DNA of 64,000 nt, taken from Giardia intestinalis. Taxonomy: Eukaryota. Every line of letters starts with the position of its first letter. Positions within the stretch are counted from its first letter, which is position 1. Shown piece after piece: positions 20,837-30,623 of this stretch. The stretch lies in the NCBI GenBank assembly GCA_000002435.2, contig CM018791.1, one strand, 5' to 3'. The position numbers were made by a program, and so were the translations under genes. The notes under the pieces are model-generated. The model was not told where the DNA came from. It did no database searches and saw nothing but the letters and a program-made list of their open reading frames with translations.

Positions 20837-22063
20837 CTATTCACACAGCAGCTTTCTAAGATGGTCCAACCTCTTGGTCAGCCGCGTGGACGAGTGAAGA
20901 AATGCCAGATATGCTTTGTCATAATCATCCACAGCAACTTCCTCCATGATGCCCGTGGGCTGATCAATGCGGTAAGTGAGGCGCTTGGTAACAATCAGCC
21001 TCTCTATCTCCTGCTGCAGGATGTCCACGGGCATCTTTAGGGCAGTTGCTAGCTGAGGTATGCTAGCGTTGATATAGGACCGTAGAAGCTGCTTTATCAT
21101 CAGGGCTCTGTACTCCTTTGTGATGGCTGCACTACACATCCTGAGAAAGGAGCTGCGGCGACAAAGTGAGTATATTTTCAGTAGGGTCTCATTTAGTGCG
21201 CTGTATCTGCATTGCTGCACACACTCTATGGCGTCTGTGAGGTATGGCGTGTTAGAGATAATAGTTAGCGTATCAGAGGACGTCTGCAACAGAGCCAAAA
21301 AATCTTTCCGTGGAAGCACCACCAGATTCATCAGCAGAGCAACAACAATGAAGTCCTCATAGGGGAGTAAGGCCTCTGCAGAGTAGGTTGGTACAACTGC
21401 GTGCAGAAGGGAGGCAACGCGTGTCATTATCCCATACTTATCTAGAGCTGTGCCAGAGGACTGCTTATAGGTGAATGCGTTATATTGATCATTATCTTCT
21501 ATGTTCATGTCTAAGAACCCCATGATCAACCCAAAGCTTAAATAAAACCCATAGATAGACCTATTCTCATAGCTGACGTTGTCTAAAATCTCTTTGCACT
21601 TCTGTAAGTAAACGCTATAGAGGTCCTTATCGTGGTAGAAATAGGCGAGCCGTAAAAACGACAAGTAACATGAAAACACGGCATCACTGGAGACCAAAGG
21701 GATGTGGATTTCATTCAGAGCAGCCTGTGCTTCTGCACACAATCCTGCTGTAAGGTATCGCTTCATCTTTGCCAGTTTAAGCTGTGCCATATCTATGTCA
21801 GTGAGAGTTTTGTCATTGAGTCGTCTGTCGATATCTAGAACTTCATCATCAACCTGCTTCCGAAGCGCGCTCATTATCTGCGGATTAAGATCTAAAAATC
21901 CGATGAGGGTGCAGAAGTCATAACAACCCGGGAGACAATGTTGCTCGATAAGCTCAAGGGCTTCTTTCTGGAACGCTGTAAGGTCCGTCTTCCCATAATT
22001 ATGAGCTCCTTCACAGAGACAGTCCTTGAGTGCAACGACGGGGTCTAGGCCGGCACTCTTCAT
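20837..22063 (-). CDS. PCI-domain protein, a likely proteasome-lid/CSN/eIF3-type subunit.
   Basis: Helical TPR-like body, then the PCI winged-helix signature LIVTKRLTYRIDQPTGIMEEV (compare the L..KIDQ..G.V consensus). Upstream is AT-rich (ctttaaaaaaaaatatcgagacATG). Confidence 0.5.
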   Translation of the reverse strand: MKSAGLDPVVALKDCLCEGAHNYGKTDLTAFQKEALELIEQHCLPGCYDFCTLIGFLDLNPQIMSALRKQVDDEVLDIDRRLNDKTLTDIDMAQLKLAKMKRYLTAGLCAEAQAALNEIHIPLVSSDAVFSCYLSFLRLAYFYHDKDLYSVYLQKCKEILDNVSYENRSIYGFYLSFGLIMGFLDMNIEDNDQYNAFTYKQSSGTALDKYGIMTRVASLLHAVVPTYSAEALLPYEDFIVVALLMNLVVLPRKDFLALLQTSSDTLTIISNTPYLTDAIECVQQCRYSALNETLLKIYSLCRRSSFLRMCSAAITKEYRALMIKQLLRSYINASIPQLATALKMPVDILQQEIERLIVTKRLTYRIDQPTGIMEEVAVDDYDKAYLAFLHSSTRLTKRLDHLRKLLCE

Positions 22064-22129
22064 GTCTCGATATTTTTTTTTAAAGAAAATGCTTAAACTG
22101 ATTTACACTGTAACACACCGCAGCTGCTA

Positions 22130-22906
22130 TTACTGTTTAATGGATCTCTTTATCGCCCGTCTACCATCAGGACGTGGCCGCTTGTCTCCCAACTTACAAT
22201 GCTCCATTCCCGATTCGGGGCCCTGCGTGCTTTCAGCAATGTGCCTTTTTATGAGATTAGTATTGCTATCACTCAATTGTGTGATAAGGTCTTTAGCCTC
22301 GTAATAGAGAGACACCAGACGGTTGGAGCGATCACCCAGCTTCAGGACTAAGGTCTCATATTCGCTAACCCGCCGTTCCAGTACGTTCAGTACTTGCTCC
22401 TCTATGCTCGCGGACTCCTTCTGTATACTTGCCTCAGACTTTAATGTCTCCAAATCCGAAAAAAGCTCGTCTTCCTGAAGCACGTGTTTCCCGAGACCTT
22501 CAATTTTGATCTGTAAAACGTCTACGGATTGTAGTATGCTCTCTGCTAGATCTATCTGCCTTAGAAGGGTCTGCTTATGCATAGCCAGCTTCAATGCTTC
22601 GCGCTGTATGGCTCTAGTAGTCTCCAGTTGATCAGGCCCCTTTACCACATCCTTGCTGCCAGAGCCTGGATGCGCAGAGGCCATCTTTGAGGAGCTGGCC
22701 AACCGCTTGTTCGGGGGAACTTTTGCTGGAACCTTCAGCTGACTGAGGTGAAGGGAAGCAGACTCCATGGCATAAATAAATGCAAAATTCTTTAACCTGA
22801 AAACAAAATGGCTAGCAACACGAGGAAACGAGTGTTTCGCCGGGCATAACTGGGCATGCATTTTCCTTGCCCAGTCTGCCTCCATACTAATTTCTCCTTT
22901 ACTCAA
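22130..22906 (-). CDS. Hypothetical coiled-coil protein (258 aa).
   Basis: Heptad-rich sequence (LKLAMHKQTLLRQIDLAESILQSVDVLQIKIEGL...). Confidence 0.4.
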   Translation of the reverse strand: MSKGEISMEADWARKMHAQLCPAKHSFPRVASHFVFRLKNFAFIYAMESASLHLSQLKVPAKVPPNKRLASSSKMASAHPGSGSKDVVKGPDQLETTRAIQREALKLAMHKQTLLRQIDLAESILQSVDVLQIKIEGLGKHVLQEDELFSDLETLKSEASIQKESASIEEQVLNVLERRVSEYETLVLKLGDRSNRLVSLYYEAKDLITQLSDSNTNLIKRHIAESTQGPESGMEHCKLGDKRPRPDGRRAIKRSIKQ

Positions 22907-22965
22907 TCAGGATGGCGAGCGGCAGTGTGAATGATGTGTCTTAGCAGAATTTTAACTAGGGGAAA

Positions 22966-24255
22966 ATGGCCGTATCAGTCATCACGACGGACGATTGGTT
23001 TAAGGCCATCCGTTGTTCTAAGTACCCTCTTGTCACAAAGTACATCCATGAGTTCAAGGGCAAGCGATGCTCTATGGAGTGGACGGCACTAATGTGGGCA
23101 GCAAAATTTGGGGATGTGAAAATGGTCGAGCTCCTTGCTGAGCATGAGCATTCTTTGATAAACGATAATATGGAGACTGCTCTTATGATCGCCTGCCGCT
23201 TCCGCAACTACCACGCAGCCAATATCCTTGTGAAGTACGAGGCCGGCAGACAGGACAAGCTTGGCTGGACGGCGCTCATGTGGTTATCAGTCATGGGCGG
23301 GGCTGACACAGCAAATTTACTGGTGGCAAGAGAGGCGTGTAAGCAGGATAAAGACGGGCAGACAGCTCTTATGCTCAGCATAGAAAAAGGCCACTACGAC
23401 ATTTCGGCCCTTCTTCTTGGCCACGAGGCCAGAATGGCAATGAAGAACGGTCTTACTGCATTGATGAAGGCCTCCATGTTGGGCAATCAAGATGTGGTCA
23501 GAAGATTGGCTCCTTACGAACTTGGAATGCAAGATTCTAAGGGGAAAACAGCGCTCATGCACGCAATAATGAAGAGAAACACATGGCTATTTGACGTGTT
23601 AGGTCCAGAGGCAAGCATAGTCGATTCAGAGAATACTACGCCCTTTGAGTTGGCTCGAAAGGAAGAACTGGATTCATATCATCTACTAAATCTGCTGTTA
23701 ACGCGGAGATATCTCGATGATCAACGCAGAAATCTTTGGTTGATGATTATTCTCTTTTACATTAGTACGACTAGTCTCAAGCTGCTCTTTGGCGATTCCC
23801 AGACAATTGTCGCCATAAATGACTTAACAGAGTCTTTTCTCTCGCTCCTCTTTGATGATCTGGACTTGACAGCCACCTCACCGATCAATGCTGATGGATT
23901 TAGCACCAATCTCAATCGTACTGATAAGAGTGGCACCACTGATGATACAGACATCACAATGGAGTGGAGCACCCAGCGCCCTCAAGCAGCCTTTATAGAG
24001 CCACTGATGGATGCCGGACTTAAAGCGATAGAAGACCTAAATAACAACATAGATATACAGCCATGCGCGGTGTGTTTGGACTTTATCTGTGAAATGGTTT
24101 TCTTGCCCTGCAAGCACTGCGTTACATGCCATAATTGTACAGAGGCAATCAAGGCCAAGTGTCCTTATTGTAGAGAAGAAATCAAGGATATGATTCAGCT
24201 AGATTACTCCTTTGAGACCCCCTCTATTTTTAAAGTAATTGGGGCCACAGAGTAA
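22966..24255 (+). CDS. Ankyrin-repeat protein (21.1-like) with a C-terminal C3HC4 RING finger, a putative E3 ligase.
   Basis: About 6 'TALM'-type ankyrin repeats (WTALMWAAKFGD, TALMIACRF, TALMWLSVMGG, TALMLSIEKGH, TALMKASMLGN, TALMHAIMK), then CAVCLDFICEMVFLPCKHCVTCHNCTEAIKAKCPYC. Confidence 0.72.
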   Translation: MAVSVITTDDWFKAIRCSKYPLVTKYIHEFKGKRCSMEWTALMWAAKFGDVKMVELLAEHEHSLINDNMETALMIACRFRNYHAANILVKYEAGRQDKLGWTALMWLSVMGGADTANLLVAREACKQDKDGQTALMLSIEKGHYDISALLLGHEARMAMKNGLTALMKASMLGNQDVVRRLAPYELGMQDSKGKTALMHAIMKRNTWLFDVLGPEASIVDSENTTPFELARKEELDSYHLLNLLLTRRYLDDQRRNLWLMIILFYISTTSLKLLFGDSQTIVAINDLTESFLSLLFDDLDLTATSPINADGFSTNLNRTDKSGTTDDTDITMEWSTQRPQAAFIEPLMDAGLKAIEDLNNNIDIQPCAVCLDFICEMVFLPCKHCVTCHNCTEAIKAKCPYCREEIKDMIQLDYSFETPSIFKVIGATE

Positions 24256-24283
24256 GTTTTCTGCGATGGAGCCATGCCCGCCT

Positions 24284-26806
24284 TTACTGGCTAAAATCAC
24301 CTGGCCCATCATTTTCATTGAAGAAATCAGCATTGATGCGTCTGTTTGTATCTCTAGCCTGCTGGATGAAAAAGGCACGTATAGTCCGGATGGCTTCGTC
24401 CTGTGTGGTTATTTGGCTGTTCTTCCCACGGACCATTTCTTGCATCCACCGGGTAGTCCACTTGATGCACTCTCCGAATCTCTCGTCAGCCAAGATGACA
24501 GCGGCATAATCGTTATCTTTTCTTGTCACTCTGCCGATACATTGGGTCAAAACACGCCCTGCATCAAAGTGGATGTATTCGCTGGGTTTTATGCCGAATT
24601 TTGCGTTAAGGTAGTTTAGCTTCATATGGATAAGGGTGCTGCCGGAGTATAGGTACGGCACACCAATGAGTATTATGCTGCGAGCATGGTGGTACTTAAA
24701 GTCTATTCCCTCTGATAGCTTTCCGCGCGCAATAGCAAACAAAACTGCTCCCCTTCCACTGTCACAGCACTTTCGATAACAAGCTACTGCATGCATTGTT
24801 TCAATGGGGTCTGGCGTCTCGAAGAATACAAGCTTATTGTTTGTTATGACTCTAAACATATTTGAGGACGTTATGTTCCACAGGGTTATGAGGTCTTCCA
24901 TGAAGCGATACGACGGGAAGAAGACGATAAGGCCGTCGGCTGTGGATGATGATATCTGAGCAAGTATCCGACCATAGTTCTGCACTGCCGATGGGGTGGT
25001 TCTGAAGAAGAACTGTGTTGTAAGCTTCGCCTGGTCTGCCCCCTTACCAATTATCTTAATACATATGTTGGACTGTGCTCCGCTTTCAATAATACACTTC
25101 TTAACAACAGGCTCCACTGAGCGCTCGCATTGCTCAGCGTACATGGTTATTCCTAATATGCGTTCGATCAATGAGGGCTTAGTCGCCTCTGCCACTCCGG
25201 ATGAGTTAATTGAGGTATCTGTACACTCATAGGAGGCAAACAGAGTTGCACTCATCATCATGATCAGAGGAAAGTACTGGTATACCGGCCGTAAAGCGAT
25301 AAACGGGTCTTGGCACACAAGTCTATACAGCGTCTGATGCTTGCTGTGCTCAAATATCTGTTGTGTATGAGCCAGCAGAGTGTCGTCGTCACCCATTGAG
25401 GTCTGAGGTTTTTGTATGACAGTGAAGAACTTTTCGTAGCTAAGAGAGGATGAGTATGTTCGGAAGTGCTTTAGTGTCTCAACACTCCCAAAGTACCCCA
25501 ACAGGGACAAGAACTGAACTAATTGTGGAAGGTTCTTATCAAATATACAATAATATGATTGATAATAGTGTAGATACTCAGGTGACAACTGAAGAAAGGA
25601 CTCGGTAATAAACTGCAAGCGCACAAGGTTCAGCACATCCACGTGAGGAAGAGACACAACGTCCTTAGTCAAGCGGTCCGAGAGCTGCTCCTTTAATAAC
25701 CTGACTATCCTTAGCAGTCCGGACAAAAACTGCTGAGGTGTTTTGACAGCTGCATAAGATTCTGATGAGAGTAAGAGCACATCTGCCGGAGCTGAGCCAG
25801 AGAAGAGGAGCCTGCTGTCCTGCTGGACTGTCTTGATTGCCCGCTCTTTGCGCAAAAAGGACCTATCAGGTGAGAATGGAGGCGGCGGTGGACGTGCGCT
25901 GTGTGCAATTGAGGCCGACATCGCGTGAATAGATTGTTCGCAGTCCACTACCAATTTGTAGCTCAGGTGCATGGACATTGCATCACAAGCAGCGTACTCT
26001 AAATTATGCGCCTCGTCTATGATAAGGAGCGTGTTCTGATCCAGTATTGCACCCAGCGGTCCTGCACACTTGGGATCTAACACGTAATTGTAGCTTCCTA
26101 CGATTATATCGGCTGTATGGAGTAAACGACGATTAGCAAAATAAGGGCACACTACTCCGCCATTGTACGTTCTACACTGATTAATAAACTCTGGAATGGT
26201 GTACGATTCTCTGCCTATGGATAGCTCACCTTCCTCTTCGAGTGTTTTCTTGAACGCTGGGCACATGACGGTATCCTCCAAGTCAACGCCCCTAGTGATT
26301 TTAATGCACTCTGTGTCTAGGTATGCAGCTCTAGAAACAGATTCATTAACGCACAACCGCCTGCGCGATGTAATAGGCAATGCTCGTAGCTTTCTGAATG
26401 GCGGGGCTCTAACACTTGAATTCGGGGGTTCTTTCTTTAGTGAAGGCTCTGCACCCACAGTAACAGCAGAAGAAGCAGTAGCTCCGGCTACAGACTTGAA
26501 GGCATCACTGCGGGCTTTGTTAAGGTGAAAGATTTCCCCGAGCACATGGTCTACAACAGGGATAGTGCGACAGAGAAAGACTATGCGAGATATGGCCGTG
26601 GGATATGCGTCCCAAAAGGACGCAGCTGCCGACAACACAGCTAGTGTCTTGCCAGACCCTGTCTTTGCTTCAAGAAGAGAAAGAGCCCGCTTCCCCCCTA
26701 TCCCTGTCCGCAAGACATCGCACACATGCTCCATGATCTGTAGCTGTTGTTTACTGACGGTGGGATATGGATAGACAATGGAGAGGCCACCGACATCAAT
26801 CAACAT
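24284..26806 (-). CDS. Rad3/XPD-family (DEAD_2 / Helicase_C_2) DNA helicase.
   Basis: Walker A TGSGKTLAVL, DEAH box (IIDEAHNLE), VVCPYFANRRLLHTADIIVGSYNYVLDP (FeS/arch region signature), and a C-terminal IGRVTRKDNDYAAVILADERF. Confidence 0.75.
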   Translation of the reverse strand: MLIDVGGLSIVYPYPTVSKQQLQIMEHVCDVLRTGIGGKRALSLLEAKTGSGKTLAVLSAAASFWDAYPTAISRIVFLCRTIPVVDHVLGEIFHLNKARSDAFKSVAGATASSAVTVGAEPSLKKEPPNSSVRAPPFRKLRALPITSRRRLCVNESVSRAAYLDTECIKITRGVDLEDTVMCPAFKKTLEEEGELSIGRESYTIPEFINQCRTYNGGVVCPYFANRRLLHTADIIVGSYNYVLDPKCAGPLGAILDQNTLLIIDEAHNLEYAACDAMSMHLSYKLVVDCEQSIHAMSASIAHSARPPPPPFSPDRSFLRKERAIKTVQQDSRLLFSGSAPADVLLLSSESYAAVKTPQQFLSGLLRIVRLLKEQLSDRLTKDVVSLPHVDVLNLVRLQFITESFLQLSPEYLHYYQSYYCIFDKNLPQLVQFLSLLGYFGSVETLKHFRTYSSSLSYEKFFTVIQKPQTSMGDDDTLLAHTQQIFEHSKHQTLYRLVCQDPFIALRPVYQYFPLIMMMSATLFASYECTDTSINSSGVAEATKPSLIERILGITMYAEQCERSVEPVVKKCIIESGAQSNICIKIIGKGADQAKLTTQFFFRTTPSAVQNYGRILAQISSSTADGLIVFFPSYRFMEDLITLWNITSSNMFRVITNNKLVFFETPDPIETMHAVACYRKCCDSGRGAVLFAIARGKLSEGIDFKYHHARSIILIGVPYLYSGSTLIHMKLNYLNAKFGIKPSEYIHFDAGRVLTQCIGRVTRKDNDYAAVILADERFGECIKWTTRWMQEMVRGKNSQITTQDEAIRTIRAFFIQQARDTNRRINADFFNENDGPGDFSQ

Positions 26807-26820
26807 TTTAAGTCCCCAGC

Positions 26821-28068
26821 TTACGGCGGCTTGTGAACTGATGCCTCTGAATAGAAAATTTGCCCCCGGAGACTTTCAGGGAGGGTGCTCTCCAAAACAT
26901 AGCCACCATAATTGTGCGGATAAACGTAATTGGCGCCTGCAGAGGCACTTTTGTAGCCTTCTGGGGGCAAGCAATCTGTTGGAGTAGCGCTATCGATAGC
27001 TGCAAATGCGTTGTTAAGAGCTGTACCGGCAGAGTTGCTTTTTGGAGCTAGAGAAAGGTAGAGAGCTGTCTGGGCCAGAGCATAGTGAGCTTCTGGAAGA
27101 CCGATGACTTCAGTTGCTCGATAGCACGACACAGCTACAGATAGAGCCTGTGAATCAGCGAGGCCTATATCTTCTGACGCCGAGATAATTAACCGCCGAG
27201 CTATGTAGAGAGGGTCAACAGCAGTGCGCAACAGGAATGCCAGATAGAAGATTGCTCCCTGAGGATCCGATGCACGAATAGCTTTAATCATTCCCGACAC
27301 TCCCTCATACTTGACTTGTTCTTGGTTAAGTGTACAGTGCATGATTGCATCTCCGTGGGCACCTCCTGATAGGAGTAGAGCTACACCTTGTTCAGTGATT
27401 CGTCCACCTGTGACAGACAGCTCCAGCAGAGAAAGAGCCTTTCTCCCATCTCCGCGGGCAGCAACAACAATCTTGGCTATCGCCGAGGGCTCCACGCAAA
27501 TGTCAAGGGGAACAGAAGTGTCAAGTTTGTCAAGCATGCTATTCAGGCCTCGAACGCAGATCTGAAGGATATCCTTTGAGGTAAGCGCGTTAAATGATAG
27601 AAGAAAGCAACGGGAGCGTAGCCCCTCGATTATTGCCGTATACGGAGACGATGTTGTTGCTAGGATAAGCGTCAGCACGCCCTCTTCAACGGCTGACAAA
27701 AGTCTGTCTTGCTGTGCCTTTGTACACCTATGAGCCTCGTCGACAAAAAGGCAAACACGCGCACTTGTTAAGCTGTTGGCCCGATCGGTGTATATTCTTT
27801 CCGTGACCTTATTTAGCTCTGCAACGGTGGCCTGCCCAGGTTTAAACTCTATCAGTCTATAGGATGGGTCGAAGGACTTAGCGTATAATCGCGCAAAGCT
27901 TGTCTTGCCAGTTCCCGGTGGGCCGGTTATAATAATGGACTGAAGGACGTGGGTTGTCCGTGATTGCTCATATATGCGACTGATGACCCCGTCCGTTAAA
28001 GACAGGATGTGATGGTTGCCAATAATCTCGTCGATAGTAGTCGGCCTGAGCCGCATGGATAGACACAT
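26821..28068 (-). CDS. MgsA/RarA/WRNIP1-type AAA+ ATPase. The ORF extends to 28374, but the homology-supported start is near SMRLRPTTIDEIIGNHHIL.
   Basis: GPPGTGKTSFARL, FVDEAHRCTKAQQDRLLSAVEEGVLTLILATTSSPYTAIIEGLRSRC, and the MgsA C-terminal region (DPQGAIFYLAFLLRTAVDPLYIARRLIISASEDIGLAD...YLSLAPKSNSA). Confidence 0.8.
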   Translation of the reverse strand: MCLSMRLRPTTIDEIIGNHHILSLTDGVISRIYEQSRTTHVLQSIIITGPPGTGKTSFARLYAKSFDPSYRLIEFKPGQATVAELNKVTERIYTDRANSLTSARVCLFVDEAHRCTKAQQDRLLSAVEEGVLTLILATTSSPYTAIIEGLRSRCFLLSFNALTSKDILQICVRGLNSMLDKLDTSVPLDICVEPSAIAKIVVAARGDGRKALSLLELSVTGGRITEQGVALLLSGGAHGDAIMHCTLNQEQVKYEGVSGMIKAIRASDPQGAIFYLAFLLRTAVDPLYIARRLIISASEDIGLADSQALSVAVSCYRATEVIGLPEAHYALAQTALYLSLAPKSNSAGTALNNAFAAIDSATPTDCLPPEGYKSASAGANYVYPHNYGGYVLESTLPESLRGQIFYSEASVHKPP

Positions 28069-28168
28069 CGCCTCCTGGCGATGTGAAGTTGGTGGCGAAG
28101 CGGGCCCAATGGCGCTCGTTATAATTATTTCAGGGCATAAAATTTTAATAGGATTTTGGCTGTTCCAC

Positions 28169-28693
28169 ATGGAGCATCTGGGATGCTGGCTAATTGGGGC
28201 TATATCCATTGGAATAGCTCTTGTGGCTGGCCTGGTTATAGGCCGGGGGAGCTGTCCCAAAGATTTTGACAAGTACCCGGTTGACGATTGTTCTTGGCCC
28301 TCTGGCGACCACGACTCTTGCGATCCAGAAGGCGACGAACAGCAAAGCATGAAATTGGTGATATTAGTGCGCACAGATATTAAGATGACCAGAGGAAAGG
28401 CGTGTGCACAGTGTAGCCATGCCGCTGTACGCGCGTGCCAGGTGGCTCACCGCTACGCCCCACAAAAGCTCCGTGCGTGGCTGAGCCAAGGGCAAAAGAA
28501 AATAACCTTAAAGGTAACCGAGCAAGAGCTGTCAAGCTTGCTGGACAAGTTGCACCAAACTGACATTATATGCGGCAGAATCCAAGATGCTGGTCACACG
28601 CAGGTAGACCCTGGCACTGTAACCGTCGGTTTTGTGGGGCCATGGGACGAAGCTGAGCTCGACAAAATAACAGGCCACCTGAAACTCTATTAG
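28169..28693 (+). CDS. PTH2: Peptidyl-tRNA hydrolase PTH2 with an N-terminal transmembrane helix. The ORF begins at 28016, but the probable start is the Met at 28169.
   Basis: MKLVILVRTDIKMTRGKACAQCSHAAV matches the PTH2 core (K.V.VVR.DL.M..GK.AAQ..HA). The TM helix WLIGAISIGIALVAGLVIG lies upstream. Confidence 0.75.
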   Translation: MEHLGCWLIGAISIGIALVAGLVIGRGSCPKDFDKYPVDDCSWPSGDHDSCDPEGDEQQSMKLVILVRTDIKMTRGKACAQCSHAAVRACQVAHRYAPQKLRAWLSQGQKKITLKVTEQELSSLLDKLHQTDIICGRIQDAGHTQVDPGTVTVGFVGPWDEAELDKITGHLKLY

Positions 28694-28761
28694 CATCGGG
28701 CAATGAAGATAGGTAAACAAATTGGCCCTGGCAGTTTCTTTCTTGTCAAAAAACTTAATTT

Positions 28762-29880
28762 ATGACTGATACCGAGTCACAGGAGAGCATCGACATTAAG
28801 CTTTACACATATGACAATAATGATGTCATCGTGTTGAGAGTGAAGTTAGATGACACAATCGGGATTCTTTTGGTCCATGCTGCCGATCACATTCCAGAGG
28901 GTGCTCGGGTACGTGTCGTTTATAATGGCCGAACGTTGCAGCTTAGCGCCACCTTCCAAGAGTCCAACGTTCTCGATGGATCGGCATTACACCTCGTAGC
29001 AGCCGTGATAGACGAGTCTGCTGCATCACAGGAAGCAGGCTCCCGGCAGCCCCGGATAGGAGTCTACAGAGGTGGTCTTGAGAAGCACCTCCAAGCTGGG
29101 GTAGAGCGCCAGGATGTAATAGGTCTACGCCTGATTTTCTTGGCACGGGCAGGCTTTTTGACCTCTGAGCATCTACAAATCCTTTACACAAACACAGACC
29201 TTATAGAGCAGCCCCGGGGTTACACGCAGCCGTCCATTTCACGAATCCGTCTCTTTCTGATTAACGCCCTGCAGGCATCTGCATCTGCACCTGCAGACGC
29301 CAGCGACCATGCTAGTGAGAGTGTCAATGAGACCCCCAATGGCGCAACTCGTGGTGAGGCCAACCTCCCCCTCGATGTACGCCATCTGTATGTGGAGCAG
29401 GAAGAGCCAGACCGCAATGGATACTACCCACCAGAATTCATCTCCAATTCGTCCTTTGCCCTGATGATGCTTGAAGGCGGCTTTCCTCCTCACATTGCAC
29501 GCCAGTTTCTCGGCATAACGGACCTCAGCTGGATTGACGAAACCATCCCTTTTCCTACTATGCCATTGCGCGTCATTCAATGCGAGAACCTGTGGATGGA
29601 AAACGAGTCTCCGACCGCCACTATCACCACTGTGGCGACGGTGAACAACCTCTTGGGGCCTGGGACCCCAGTGCAGCCCCCCACAAACAGGGTCATGAGT
29701 GACTTCCATAAGTTCATGCTGCTTATCTTTGGATTGCTTGTTGGTTTGATATTTAATGTTCTCGTTCTGGTCTATGTCTATCATTCGGGAGTCCCTGCCC
29801 CAATGCGAATGGGGATTGTATTCGGATTGATTGGCAGTATTATTTTTTCTCTTTTTATTAATATTGCCAGTGGCTTCTAA
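28762..29880 (+). CDS. Membrane protein with an N-terminal ubiquitin-like domain and C-terminal transmembrane helices.
   Basis: IKLYTYDNNDVIVLRVKLDDTIGILLV...VVYNGRTLQLSATFQESNVLDGSALHLV is a UBL-like beta-grasp pattern. C-terminus: FMLLIFGLLVGLIFNVLVLVYV, IVFGLIGSIIFSLFI. Confidence 0.45.
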   Translation: MTDTESQESIDIKLYTYDNNDVIVLRVKLDDTIGILLVHAADHIPEGARVRVVYNGRTLQLSATFQESNVLDGSALHLVAAVIDESAASQEAGSRQPRIGVYRGGLEKHLQAGVERQDVIGLRLIFLARAGFLTSEHLQILYTNTDLIEQPRGYTQPSISRIRLFLINALQASASAPADASDHASESVNETPNGATRGEANLPLDVRHLYVEQEEPDRNGYYPPEFISNSSFALMMLEGGFPPHIARQFLGITDLSWIDETIPFPTMPLRVIQCENLWMENESPTATITTVATVNNLLGPGTPVQPPTNRVMSDFHKFMLLIFGLLVGLIFNVLVLVYVYHSGVPAPMRMGIVFGLIGSIIFSLFINIASGF

Positions 29881-29952
29881 TATATGTTTGTTCTTGTAAA
29901 CAGCTAGTGCTTTTGGAAGACTGGAGATGGAGCCCTTGGCTTGAAAAAGTAA

Positions 29953-30555
29953 ATGTCGTCGCCAGGTCCCAGCAATATTGAATTGGCAGTACAGGGGCTT
30001 AGCGTTAAAGTCGTGGGCTATAACTGCCGGTTCAGCCTAGGATTTAATGTAGATATGCGGCTTTTGGCTGCAAGTCTCTTAACCGCTGATTATAACCCTC
30101 GGTATCCCACTGTTCGTGTCCGCCTCACAAGTCCACAATGCTGTATCTCTGTAAGCTACCACGGGCACTGTACCATCTTCGGTTGCGAAAGCGTGGCCCA
30201 AGCAGCAACTGCTGCCGCCGTCTTCCTTAAGCTTCTGAATGAGATTGAAGAGTTTGTTGGTCTTGCACGGCCGTCGCCTTTAACCGTTGTCTCTATTACC
30301 TGTCTCACAGACCTTGGCCATGGAATTCGTCTCGACGCAGCTGCAGCTGCCACAATTAGCGTATTCTCATCAGCCATGTACCAGCCCGAGATCATGCCAT
30401 CACTACAGGTCGTCTTCAAGATTGCCGAGCGCAATATATGCTGCTCTGTTTTCGCCGATGGCCAGGTCACGATCGTTGGCGCACGGAACATCTTCGATGC
30501 ACGCGATGTTATCACAAAGCTGTACGAGGGATTGTTCGATTACTTTATAACATAA
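29953..30555 (+). CDS. TBP: Divergent TATA-box-binding protein (TBP)-like protein with two direct repeats of the TBP fold.
   Basis: Repeat 1 (VDMRLLAASLLTADYNPRYPTVRVRLTSPQCCISVSYHGHCTIFGCESVAQAATAAAVFLKLL) and repeat 2 (IRLDAAAAATISVFSSAMYQPEIMPSLQVVFKIAERNICCSVFADGQVTIVGARNIFDARDVITKLYEGL). Both follow the TBP pattern L.LK.IA...NAEYNPKRF.AVIMRI..P..TALIF.SGK.VCTGAKS. Confidence 0.55.
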   Translation: MSSPGPSNIELAVQGLSVKVVGYNCRFSLGFNVDMRLLAASLLTADYNPRYPTVRVRLTSPQCCISVSYHGHCTIFGCESVAQAATAAAVFLKLLNEIEEFVGLARPSPLTVVSITCLTDLGHGIRLDAAAAATISVFSSAMYQPEIMPSLQVVFKIAERNICCSVFADGQVTIVGARNIFDARDVITKLYEGLFDYFIT

Positions 30556-30623
30556 TCAATACACTACCCGGACGATTGCCCTGTTTACTTACCTACTGCT
30601 GATCAATCTAGGAACTAACCGAA

